64,000 nt of DNA from an uncultured Acidobacteriota bacterium. GTDB lineage: Bacteria; Acidobacteriota; Thermoanaerobaculia; UBA5066; Gp7-AA6. How positions within the stretch are numbered: the stretch's first letter is position 1; each line of letters opens with the position of its first letter. The position numbers and the translations under genes were made by a program. Location: contig CAWHKQ010000016.1 in NCBI GenBank assembly GCA_963829925.1, positions 74,213 to 138,212 of the forward strand, in the 5' to 3' direction. Below are positions 53,422 to 62,347 of this stretch, one piece after another. The notes under the pieces are model-generated. The model worked only from the letters and a program-made list of their open reading frames with translations, did not search any database and had not been told where the DNA came from.

Positions 53422-53627
53422 AGCCAGTGGCAGGCGCGCGCGAAGCCGGCGAAGACCAGGAGCAACGCCGCCAGGGCGGCGATCCAGACGGCCGTGCGGG
53501 ACTTGGCCGCCAGCGGACGCTGCCGCGTGTAGAACCCGGTCTGCCAGCGCTCGAGCTCCCGCCCGCACTTGGGGCAGACGGGCGTGCCTGGCTCCACCGG
53601 GGTGTAGCAGTACGGACACTCGTACAT
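53418..53627 (-). CDS. zinc-ribbon plus single-TM small protein (70 aa)
   Basis: Tail of ORF 53418..54947: MYECPYCYTPVEPGTPVCPKCGRELERWQTGFYTRQRPLAAKSRTAVWIAALAALLLVFAGFARACHWL. It has two CxxC pairs and a C-terminal TM helix, and its stop overlaps the downstream GTG. Confidence 0.55.
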   Translation of the reverse strand: MYECPYCYTPVEPGTPVCPKCGRELERWQTGFYTRQRPLAAKSRTAVWIAALAALLLVFAGFARACHWL

Positions 53628-53699
53628 CGGCACGGTCCCATCATACCGAACCGCCGGGCTGCTTCCGGGAGGCGCGCCGGTCCGGGTTAAACTGATTTC

Positions 53700-55507
53700 G
53701 TGGTCGAGCGGCGCGCGCCGGAGAATCTCCCCGATTCCCCCGGCGTCTATCTCTTTCGGGGCGAGAAGGGCAAACTCCTCTACGTCGGGAAGGCCCGATC
53801 TCTGCGCAAACGGGTGGCGTCCTATTTCAGCGGCGCGACCGCCGACAAGACGGCGGCCCTCCTCCGGTCGTTTCGCGAGATCGAGACGATCGTCACGAAC
53901 ACCGAGCTCGAGGCGCTGCTCCTCGAGAACACGCTCATCAAGAAGCATCGTCCCCGGTACAACATCTGCCTGAGGGACGACAAGACCTATCCCTACATCA
54001 AGATCACCACGGGGGAGAGCTGGCCCAGGGCCCTGGTGACCCGGCGGGTCCAGGACGACGGCCACTCGTACTACGGCCCGTTCTGGGGGGGCCTCGCCCG
54101 GCGGATCATGCGGATGATCACCCGGCACTTCCAGATCCGCACGTGCCGGATCGAGATCGACGGCAACCTGCCGCGTCCCTGCCTCTACTACGACCTGCAC
54201 GCCTGCCTGGGGCCTTGCGTGAACGGGCTGACCACGAGCGAGGCCTACGGCGAAGCGGTTGCGGACGTCGTGCTGTTCCTCAGGGGAAGAACGAGGAGCT
54301 CGAGGCGCGCCTCGAGCGGAGAATGCAGGCCGCATCCGCCGAGGAGAACTTCGAGATGGCCGGCGCGTATCGGGACGCGCTCCGGACGGTCCGGGACGTG
54401 GCCGAACGCCAGGTCGTGCAGTCCATGAGGGGCGAGAACGTCGACGTGTTCGGCTTCTTCGAGTCGGGGACGGACGTGGCGGTGGTCGTCCTCGTCGTCC
54501 GGGGGGGAGTCCTCCAGGACCGCCGGGACTTCTTCTTCGAGAAGGCCCAGGAGATCGACCCCGCCGCCTTCCTGGAAGCCTTCCTGCCCCAGTTCTACGA
54601 TGCGAACCCGTTTCTCCCGAAGGAGGTCCACCTGCCGGTCGACCATCGCGGACCCCGGGCTCGTCGAGGATTTCCTGGCGGCGCGGCGAGGAGCGAAAGT
54701 CGGCGGTCCGCGTCCCGCAGCGGGGTCCGGCGGTGGACCGGCTGCGCCTGGCGGAGGTCAACGCGGGGGAACGGCACCGGGTCCGTTTCCGTCGCACGGG
54801 CGGCGACGAAGCGATCGCCGTCGAGCGGCTGGCGCGCGCCATCGGGCTCGCGATCCCGCCGCAGCGCATCGAGGCCTTCGACATCTCCCACCTCCAGGGC
54901 ACGGACAGCGTCGCGTCGCTCGTCGTCTTCGAGGAGGGCCGGCCCAAAAAGTCGGACTACCGTCTCTTCAACATCGCGTCGCAGCAGTTGCTGGAGCCCG
55001 ACGACTTCCGCAGCATGGCGGAAGCCGTGGAACGGCGCTACCGCCGCGTGCACGGGGAGAACGGGAAGCTGCCCGACCTCATTCTCGTGGACGGCGGCCG
55101 GGGGCAGCTCCAGGCCGCCCTGACCGCCCTGGACCGCGTCGGAATCGAGCTGCCCGTGGTCGGTCTCGCCAAGCGCGAGGAGGAGATCTGGGCCCCGGGA
55201 CGCCCGGAGCCGATCCGGCTTTCCCGCAAGGACCCTGCTCTCCAGCTCATCCAGCGCGTGCGCGACGAGGCGCATCGCTTCGCGATTTCCCGTCATCGCA
55301 ACCGGCGCGGCAAGCGCATGCGGCAGACGGGCCTGACCGAGATTCCGGGCGTGGGGCCGGTGAGGGCGCGCCTGCTGCTCCGGCGGTTCGGCTCGGTGCG
55401 GGGTCTTCAGGTGGCGGATCCGCGCGAGATCGAAGCCGCGGTCGGGCCGATGACGGCGCGGCGCGGTGGCCGAGTACCTCGACCGCCAGAGCGCTCACGT
55501 CGGATGA
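53700..55507 (+). CDS. uvrC: excinuclease ABC subunit C, at least 3 apparent frameshifts
   Basis: GIY-YIG N-terminus PGVYLFRGEKGKLLYVGKARSLRKRVASYF...TELEALLLENTLIKKHRPRYNI. UVR domain MQAASAEENFEMAGAYRDAL. Also FDISHLQGTDSVASLVVFEEGRPKKSDYRLFNI, LPDLILVDGGRGQLQAA, LAKREEEIW, IQRVRDEAHRFAI and the HhH region LTEIPGVGPVRARLLLRRFGS. The stop TGA 55505-55507 overlaps the next ATG. Confidence 0.9.
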
Positions 55508-57329
55508 GAACGGCCTTCGAGGCGGAGGGCGAGATCCGGGGCACCGACCTTCTCGCGGCGCTCGTCGCGCTGTGGCGGGAGAGCGCGAACGGGACGCTCC
55601 AGTTCTCCCGCTCGGGCGCGACGTCGGGCTTCGAGCTCGCGGCCGGAGAGATCGTCGGAACCTCATCCTCGGACCCGCGCTTCGAGACGGCGGCGATCCT
55701 GCTGCGCGCCGGCAAGCTCGACGAAGCCACGCTCGAGCGCCTCAAGGCCGTCGAGGGAACCGACCGGGCGCAGAGCGCGCTCCAGGCGGGAGTCCTGACC
55801 CGGCGCGAGTGGCGCTGGGGCGAGAAGATCCGCGCCGTCGAGATCCTTTCGGACCTGCTGACCTGGCTCGACGGCGAGTACTGGCTGTTCCGCACCGGAG
55901 CCCGCGAAGCGGGAGAGTTCCGCCTGTCGATCCCGCGCCTCGTGCTCGAGCTCTTTCTGCGTTCGCGCGGACCGCGGCCTGGTTCTCCACTACCTCGGGG
56001 GCGTCGATGTCCCGCTGAGCCGGGCCGGGCACTTCGAAGCGGAGTTCTCGACCTTCGGCCTGACGCCGGACGCTGAGTCCGTGGTCCGCCTCATCGACGG
56101 CAAGTCGACCGCGGCCGAGATCTCCAGCGAGGCGCCGGCGGACGCGTTCGCCGTCGAGAAGCTGCTCGCGGCGCTGGTCACGCTCGGGCTCGTCCATCCG
56201 GAGTTCGTGGCGGCCGATACGACTCCCCGGCCAAGCCCGCTGCCGGTTCGTGAGCGGGACGCGGAAGAGGACGAGGAGAAGGAGGACGGAGAGGAAGACG
56301 TCGAGGGGGAGGAACAGGAAGAGGAAGAAGAGGACCGATTCGAACGGGAAGACGGCGACGCGCAGGAGGAGGGAGAAGAGACTCTCGTCGCGCGACCGGG
56401 CGAGCCGGGCGCCGGCCCTCGTCCCGAGCGACGGCGGAAGACCTGGCCGAGGAGTCGGAACGCGCCTCCGAGCGCTCGTCCCTCGCCGACGCCGAAGCGG
56501 CTCCCGAAGAGGGGCGCGCCGCCGAGAGTCTCGGGTTCGAGGAGCTCGAAGTCGTCGGGTTGTCGGGCCCCGGGTACGGAAGCGCGGAGCATCCGAGTCG
56601 CCGCAACCTCGACGAAGCAGATCTGACTCCGGAACCGCGACTGCCGTCCGATCTGATGGACCTGGAGCCCTCGCGCTCCGAGGATGAGGCGTCCTTCGAC
56701 CGGCCTCTCGACATGTCGACGGGAGTCGGAGCCGGGGAACGGCCTCGCCAGCGCTCCGGCGCTCCGTGGCTGTGGCTGCTCGTCGTTCTTGCCGCGGCGG
56801 TGGCGGGCCTGCTGTACTGGCGCTCGCGCGGACCCGCGGCGCCCGCGCCGGCCGTCCGCTCGCGACGACGAAGACCCCGACGGCAGCGGCCCTCGTGTCC
56901 ACGGCTGCGCCCGCTCCCGCTCGTCGCCGCCTCGGCGACGGCGGCGCCGGCGGCCACTCGTCCTCTGGCCGTTTCCCCCACGAGCCGGCGCCCGCAGCCG
57001 ACGGCCGCTCCGGCCGCCGCGCCCCAGGGACGGCAGAAGTGGCTGGACCGCGCGGCACGCGACGGGCGCAGAGCGGACGCCGACCGCCGTGCCCGCTTCA
57101 CGATCCAGCTGGAGCTGGTGTGCCAGGAGGAATCGCTTTCCGACGCCTGGAAATACGACCGTCCCTCCGGGACGATGTGGCTTCTGACGACGCCCTTCCA
57201 GGCCAGACGTGCTTCCGCGTGCTCTGGGGCCGTTATCCCACGCGCGAGGCGGCGCAGCGCGCGCTTGCCCGGGCGCCGGCCTTCTTTACGACGTCGCGCA
57301 ACCGGCCCCTGGTCGTGCCCATACGCTGA
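55504..57329 (+). CDS. DUF4388-domain protein with acidic region, one TM helix and C-terminal SPOR (DamX-like) domain; at least 3 apparent frameshifts
   Basis: MRTAFEAEGEIRGTDLLAALVALWRESANGTLQFSRSG...GEIVGTSSSDPRF (DUF4388-like). VVRLIDGKSTAAEISSEAPADAFAVEKLLAALVTLGLV. E/D-rich stretch at 56260-56400. TM APWLWLLVVLAAAVAGLLYW. C-terminus FTIQLELVCQEESLSDAWKYD...MWLLTTPFQGQTCFRVLWGRYPTREAAQRALARAPAFF. Confidence 0.7.
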
Positions 57330-57375
57330 CCGGCCGCTTTCTGCTATCGTGAGTGACCATTCGCACGGCGACCCC

Positions 57376-59012
57376 ATGACCACACCAACGGCCTCCGCAG
57401 GCTTTCGCGGATCCCTTGCCGAGACGCCCCTGCCGCAGGTGCTGCGCAGGATCTTTCTCGAAGGATTGAAGGGGACCCTCTCGCTCGTTCATGGCGACGA
57501 GACCCGGCACCTCTTCTTCGAGAAAGGCGAGCTGCGCACGGCGACGTCGTCCCGGGAAGGGCAACGCATCGGCGCCTTCCTCAAGCGCCGGGGCTGCATC
57601 ACCGACACCGACCTCAACTGGGCCCTCGAGACCGTCGCCAAGCAGGGGCGCGCCCGGCTCGGCAAGATCCTGGTGGATCGGGGCCTCGTGTCGCGCACCG
57701 TGCTCGACGCCGAGATGCGGCGCCTGGTGGAGGAGATCGTTTTCTCGACCTTCGCCTGGGAGATCGGGGGAGTACAAGTTTCAAGGCTCCGCCGGCGTGC
57801 TCGACCCGGACGTCGCGCTGTCGATCTCGACGGCCGCGATCATCGTCGAGGGCATCCGGCGTCTGCCGGAGAGCGAGCGTCTTCCGCGAGCGGCTCGGCG
57901 ACGGCCACCGGGTTCCGATTCTGGCGACCGACCCGATGTCGCGCTACCAGTACCTGCCGCTGACTCCGCAGGAGGCTTACCTCCTTTCGCGGATCGACGG
58001 CATCCTGGACGTGGACTCGCTGCTGAAGATCGCCGGCGCCTCGCGTCTGGCCACGGGCAAGATCCTCTACGCGCTCGATCTCCTGCGGCATCGTGGAGTG
58101 GAAGCAGGAGGGCGCAGAGCGGCCGCCGAGCGGCCGCGGCGGCTTCCACGGCCTGAACGTCGAAGTCGCGGCCGATCCCGCGGACCGGTCGCCGGGCCAC
58201 GCGGAGCTCGTCCGCAACACCTATCGGCGCATCGACTGGCTGACGCACTACGAGCTGCTGGGCGTTGCGCGCGACGCGCCGCCCGAGAAGGTCTCGGAGG
58301 CCTACTTCGAGCGCAGCCGGCTCTTCCATCCGGATCTGCGCCACCGCGAAGATCTCGGCAAGTTCGAGAAGGAGCTGACCGCGGTGTTCGAGCGGATGAA
58401 GGAGGCGTACGAGGCGCTCTCGGACCCCGAGAAGCGGGCGCTGTACGACCAGAGCCTCGACGCGACTCCGGCGCAGGTGCTCGGAACGGACGCGCCCTCG
58501 ACCGACCCGGAGGTCCGCAAGAAGCTCGCGATGCAGAGTTTCCGGCGGGCCAAGCAGCTCATCGAGGAGAAGGACTATCACCCGGCCGTCGAAATGCTGC
58601 GGGAGGCCGTGCGCTTCGTGCCCGACAACGCCGAGTTTCGTTACGTGCTGTCCCAGGTCGAGATGAAGAATCCCAACTGGATCGACCAGGGGCTGTCGAA
58701 CCTCAAGGAGGCCGCGCGCCTCGACAGCCGGCGCGTGGCGCTCTCCCTGGAGGCCGCTCGCGCGCTCCTGGACCACAGGAGACCGCACGAGGCCGAGCCG
58801 TTCGCGCGCCGCGCCGTCTCCCTCGACCCGTCTCCCGAGAACGAGGAGCTCCTGCGGCGGGTCGTCGAGGCGGCGACCACGGCGCCCGCCCCCGCTCTCA
58901 CCGAACGACCCCGGGGCGGGACGCGGAGCCGCCGGCGGCGCCGGAGGCCGAGGCGGAGCAGGCCCCGGCCCAGCCGTCCGGCATCCTCTCGCGTCTCTTC
59001 CACCGCCGTTGA
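57376..59012 (+). CDS. DUF4388-domain / J-domain (DnaJ-like) / TPR-like protein, at least 4 apparent frameshifts
   Basis: GFRGSLAETPLPQVLRRIFLEGLKGTLSLVHGDETRHLFFEKGELRTATSS (DUF4388-like). YLPLTPQEAYLLSRIDGILDVDSLLKIAG. J-domain THYELLGVARDAPPEKVSEAYFERSRLFHPDLRHRED...MKEAYEALSDPEKRALYD (HPD motif). Then helical repeats FRRAKQLIEEKDYHPAVEMLREAVRFVPDNAEFRYVLS. Confidence 0.72.
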
Positions 59013-59606
59013 CCGCGATCCTCACGGGCCTCGGCCTGTCGGCGGCGGCGGGGCTGAATGCGTGGGTGATCCTGCTGCTCTTCCACGGGCTCTTCCTCCT
59101 GATGCCGCAGGAGTTTCCGGGTCCCACGGCGGCGCTGCTCTCGAGCCAGGGGGTCCTGACGGTGGCCATCGTCCTGTTCCTGGCCGAGTTCGTCGCCGAC
59201 AAGATTCCGATCGTCGATCACCTCTGGAGCCTCGCGCAGACGTTGCTGCGCCCGGTCGTCGGGGCTCTGCTGCTGCTCGCGGTCGTCCCGGACGCATCGC
59301 CCGGGGCCCGGATCGGCCTGGCGGCGGCGGGGGCCCTGGCCACGCTCGCGGCACACTTCGCCAAATCCGCGACCCGACTGACCTCCACCGCGGCCACGCG
59401 CGGTTTCGCCCAGCTGGCGATGTCTCTGGCGGAAGACGCCTTCGCTCTGGCCCTCGGAGCTCTCGTCTTCTTCGTCCAGTGGTTTGCGGGCGTCTTCCTC
59501 GGAGCCGCTCGTCCTCCTTCTCGTCCTGGATCGGCGCCGGGTGCTGCGAGGCCTCGCGGTCATGTTCTTCCGTCTCAAGCATCCGCGCCGCGCCCGGGCG
59601 GCGTGA
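59009..59606 (+). CDS. DUF4126 family membrane protein, 1-2 apparent frameshifts
   Basis: MTAILTGLGLSAAAGLNAWVILLLFHGL...IVLFLAEFVADKIPIVDHLWSLAQTLLRPVVGALL in ORF 59009..59791. The corrected tail VLRGLAVMFFRLKHPRRARAA ends at TGA 59604-59606. Confidence 0.7.
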
Positions 59607-60076
59607 TGCCGTACCTGCTGGACGGCAACAACCTGATCGGGTTGTTCCGCAGGACCTCCCGCCCCTCGGAGGAGGACCGCCAGGCGCTCTGGTCGCGGAG
59701 CTCTCGGAGCGCCTGCGCCGCACCCGAGCCCGGGCGATCCTGTTCTTCGACGGTCCGGCCGGCAGCCGGGGATCCTCGATGGGGACTCTGACCGTCCGCC
59801 CTGCGTCCGGGGGCACCGCCGACGACGCCATCCTCCGGGAGATCGAGAAGACACAGTCACCGGGGGAAATGACGGTGGTGACGGCCGACCGCGGGTTGTC
59901 CCGCCGCGCCCGCGATGCCGGGGCCGCGGTCTGCACGCCGGAGGAATTCTTCTGCGCGATTCGGCCGGTCCTCGGGCGGCCCGAGCCCGCCCGAGAGCGC
60001 TGGACCCGTCGACGTCGACGCCTGGATGCGCTACTTCGAGGACGGCGGGAACCGGGGTGGCGGTCGGTCCAAATAA
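59606..60076 (+). CDS. NYN/PIN-like YacP (Rae1-type) domain protein, about 2 apparent frameshifts
   Basis: MPYLLDGNNLIG...RARAILFFDGPAGSRGSSMGTLTVRPASGGTADDAILREIEKTQSPGEMTVVTADRGLSRRARDAGAAVCTPEEF. The ATG overlaps the previous stop (TGATG). The corrected end is at TAA 60074-60076. Confidence 0.65.
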
Positions 60077-60144
60077 GGAGATGGAATCAGAGCCCTTCAG
60101 ACCGAGACGTCGCGGCTGGCCTGTCGCGAGGACCCCTGACCCCG

Positions 60145-60153
60145 TGGTAAAAT
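60145..60153 (+). promoter_or_regulatory. extended -10 promoter element TGgTAAAAT for rnpB
   Basis: gTGgTAAAATttgatcGGCTCC: a perfect TGn plus TAAAAT, ending 7 nt before the predicted 5' end of the RNase P RNA P1 helix. Confidence 0.5.
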
Positions 60154-60159
60154 TTGATC

Positions 60160-60580
60160 GGCTCCGAGCGGGCCACGTGATCGCTCCGAGAAATCGGAGA
60201 GGAAAGTCCGAACTCCACACGGGCAGCATGCCGGGTAATCCCCGGTCGCGGCGACGCGAAGGAAAGTGCCACAGAAAACAGACCGCCTTCCGAAAGGACG
60301 GCAAGGGTGAAACGGTGCGGTAAGAGCGCACCGCTCCGCCGGCAACGGCGGGGGCACGGTAAACCCCATGCGGAGCAAGGCCAAATAGGGGGACAGCGGG
60401 CGCCCGTCCCACCTCACACATCGTGAGCTGTCTCCGGGTCGGCTGCTCGAGCCCGAGGGCGACCTCGGGCCCAGAGGAATGATCGCGACCCCGGCCACGG
60501 GGAGCGGGGTACCGGCAGGTTCCTTGCGGCAGCCGCTCGACGGCGCTCAGGATTCGGCTTGACAGGCCCGCCCAGGGCTC
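60160..60580 (+). ncRNA. rnpB: RNase P RNA, bacterial type A; ends within about 10 nt
   Basis: Universal core GAGAGGAAAGTCCGAACTCCACACGGGCAGCATGCCGGGTAATCCCCGG, GAAAGTGCCACAGAAAACAGACCGCC, GGTGAAACGGTGCGGTAAGAGCGCACCGC, GGTAAACCCCATGCGGAGCAAGGCCAAATAGGGG, AGAGGAATGATCGC and CAGGATTCGGCTT. P1 pairs GCGGGCC (60168-60174) with GGCCCGC (60565-60571). P3 is CTCCGA-GAAA-TCGGAG. A T8 run follows. Confidence 0.9.
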
Positions 60581-60589
60581 TTTTTTTTC
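60561..60589 (+). terminator. possible intrinsic termination signal after rnpB (P1 3' strand plus T8 run)
   Basis: gacaGGCCCGCCCAGGGCTC followed by TTTTTTTT (60581-60588), the only long T run I noticed in this GC-rich window. Confidence 0.35.
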
Positions 60590-60599
60590 TGATCCCATA

Positions 60600-61497
60600 C
60601 TCCCCCGCGCCTCCGGCGGGGAGCGACGATCGGCGTCGCCGCCGTTTCGGGTCCGGTCGACCCGTCACGGCTCTCCTCCGGCGTGGCGGCCCTGCGAGGG
60701 GCGGGGTTATCGGGTCGTGACTCGCAACGAACGTTGCTGGCCCGCGAGGGCTTTCTCGCCGGGTCCGACCGCGAGCGCGCCGAGGGCTATAAGGAGCTCC
60801 TGCGAAATCCGGACGTCGACGCGATTTTTTTCGCCCGCGGCGGCTACGGGTCAGCCCGGGTGCTGCGGCATCTGGAGCCCTGCGACCTCGCGAGCGCCCG
60901 AAGATCCATCTCGGCGGCTCGGACCTCACGGTGCTCTTCGCGTTCGCGGCGCGCGCCGGGCTGCGTCAGCTTCTTCGGTCCCATGGTCGCGGTCGACAGT
61001 GGCCGAGGACGACGACCTCGACTGGCAGCGCGTCCTCTCCGGGCAGACCCCGGAGCCTCATCGTGTCTCGGCGGAGAACGTCCTCGCGGGAGGCTCCGGC
61101 GAGGGACCCCTCGTCGGAGGGTGCCTGTCCCTCGCGGCGTCGCTGGCCGGGACGCCGGAGCCGATCGACGGCGCCGGGAGCGGTTTTCTTCTGGGAGGAC
61201 GTGGGCGAGGAGGCCTACCGTCTGGATCGAATGTTGACCCAGCTGGAGCGGTCGGGTACATTCGATGGACTGCAAGCCATGACTGATTGGCTCGATTTCG
61301 CCTGGCGCGCGCGGCGGCGAATCCACGGAGACCGCTCGCCGCCTGGCTCGTCGGACCGCTTCGCGGGGCGTCCGTTCCCCGTCGTGCGGGGCTTCCCGGC
61401 GGGCCACGTCCGCGCGACCCCGGACGCTGCCGCTGGGGGTCCCCGTGCGGGTGCGACGCCGAACGCGGGGTCGTCGAGTTTCCCGACGCCGGGGTGA
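60600..61497 (+). CDS. ldcA: LD-carboxypeptidase (peptidase S66, LdcA-like), at least 4 apparent frameshifts; ends approximate
   Basis: ATIGVAAVSGPVDPSRLSSGVAALRGAG...REGFLAGSDRERAEGYKELLRNPDVDAIFFARGGYGSARVL; GGSDLTVLF; AVFFWEDVGEEAYRLDRMLTQLERSGTFDGLQA; GFPAGH; DAERGVVEFPDAG, across ORFs 60683.., 60717.., 60931.. and 61287... Confidence 0.78.
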
Positions 61498-61509
61498 CTC
61501 TGAACCGCC

Positions 61510-62317
61510 ATGGCGAACGTGAAGGCCGTTTTCAAGTCCGGGCCCGGCGGGACCGGGAAGAGCCGGGTACGAGAAGTACATCGTCAGCCACGCTGATGGG
61601 CGAGATCATCTTCTCCGAGGGCGACATCGGCACGGAGATGTTCATCATCCAGTCGGGCACGGTCGAGCTCCTCAAGTCCATCGGCGGAGAGACGCGGGTC
61701 CTCGCGACGCTCGAGAAGGGGGACTTCTTCGGGGAGATGAGCGTCCTCGAGGACGTGCCCGCGAACCGCCTCGGCGCGGGCCAAGACCGACGTCGAGCTC
61801 GTCCGGATCAACGGAGCGACGTTCGACGCGATGCTCAAGAGCAACACCGAGATCGCCGTCCGGATGATGCGCAAGCTCTCGCGCCGCCTTCGCGAGGTCA
61901 CGGCGATGCTCGAGGAGGCGCTCGGGCGGCGCGTCGCCGAAGAGGAGAAACCCGTCCAGCGCAAGCCTCCCCCCGAGCTCAACGCCTGCCGCCTCGTGGC
62001 GGCGAGGAGCCGGCCTCGGAGTTCTTCCTCAACCGCGAGGGCGACACGCTCGTCGGCCGGAGCGATCCCGGTCACCGGGATCACGCCCGACGTCGACCTG
62101 ACGCCTCTCGATCCGCAGCGGTCGACGTCGCGCCGCCACGCCAAGCTGTACCAGATGGGCGACGACCTTCTACGTCATGGAAGAGATCGGCGTGATGAAC
62201 GGAACCTACGTCAACGGCACCCGGCTCGCGACGGGGGTGCCCGTGGCCGTCGGCAACGGTGACGTCCTGAAGTTCGGCCTGGTGCCGCTGACCTTCCAGG
62301 CGCCCGGCGACTACTGA
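61510..62317 (+). CDS. cyclic-nucleotide-binding (Crp-like cNMP) domain fused to a C-terminal FHA domain, at least 4 apparent frameshifts
   Basis: cNMP domain: GEIIFSEGDIGTEMFIIQSGTVELLKSIGGETRVLATLEKGDFFGEMSVLEDVP...AKTDVELVRINGATFDAMLKSNTEIAVRMMRKLSRRLREV. FHA domain: EFFLNREGDTLVGRSDPVTGITPDVDLTPLDPQRSTSRRHAKLYQMGDDFYVMEEIGVMNGTYVNGTRLATGVPVAVGNGDVLKFGLVPLTFQ. TGA at 62315-62317. Confidence 0.75.
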
Positions 62318-62347
62318 CGTCCCGCCGCGCGGCGCCCCGCCGGGCCG

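Noticed and set aside
56240-56400. A purine-rich GAG/GAA/GAC repetitive stretch that looks repeat-like at the DNA level.
   Set aside because: It is in frame within the DUF4388/SPOR gene and simply encodes an acidic E/D-rich linker (EEDEEKEDGEEDVEGEEQEEEEEDRFEREDGD). It is not a CRISPR array or a tandem-repeat locus. I saw no repeat-spacer periodicity anywhere in the window.
60057-60498. ORFs 60057..60323(+), 60087..60272(-) and 60097..60498(-).
   Set aside because: They lie entirely within the RNase P RNA gene, whose universal core sequences are unambiguous.
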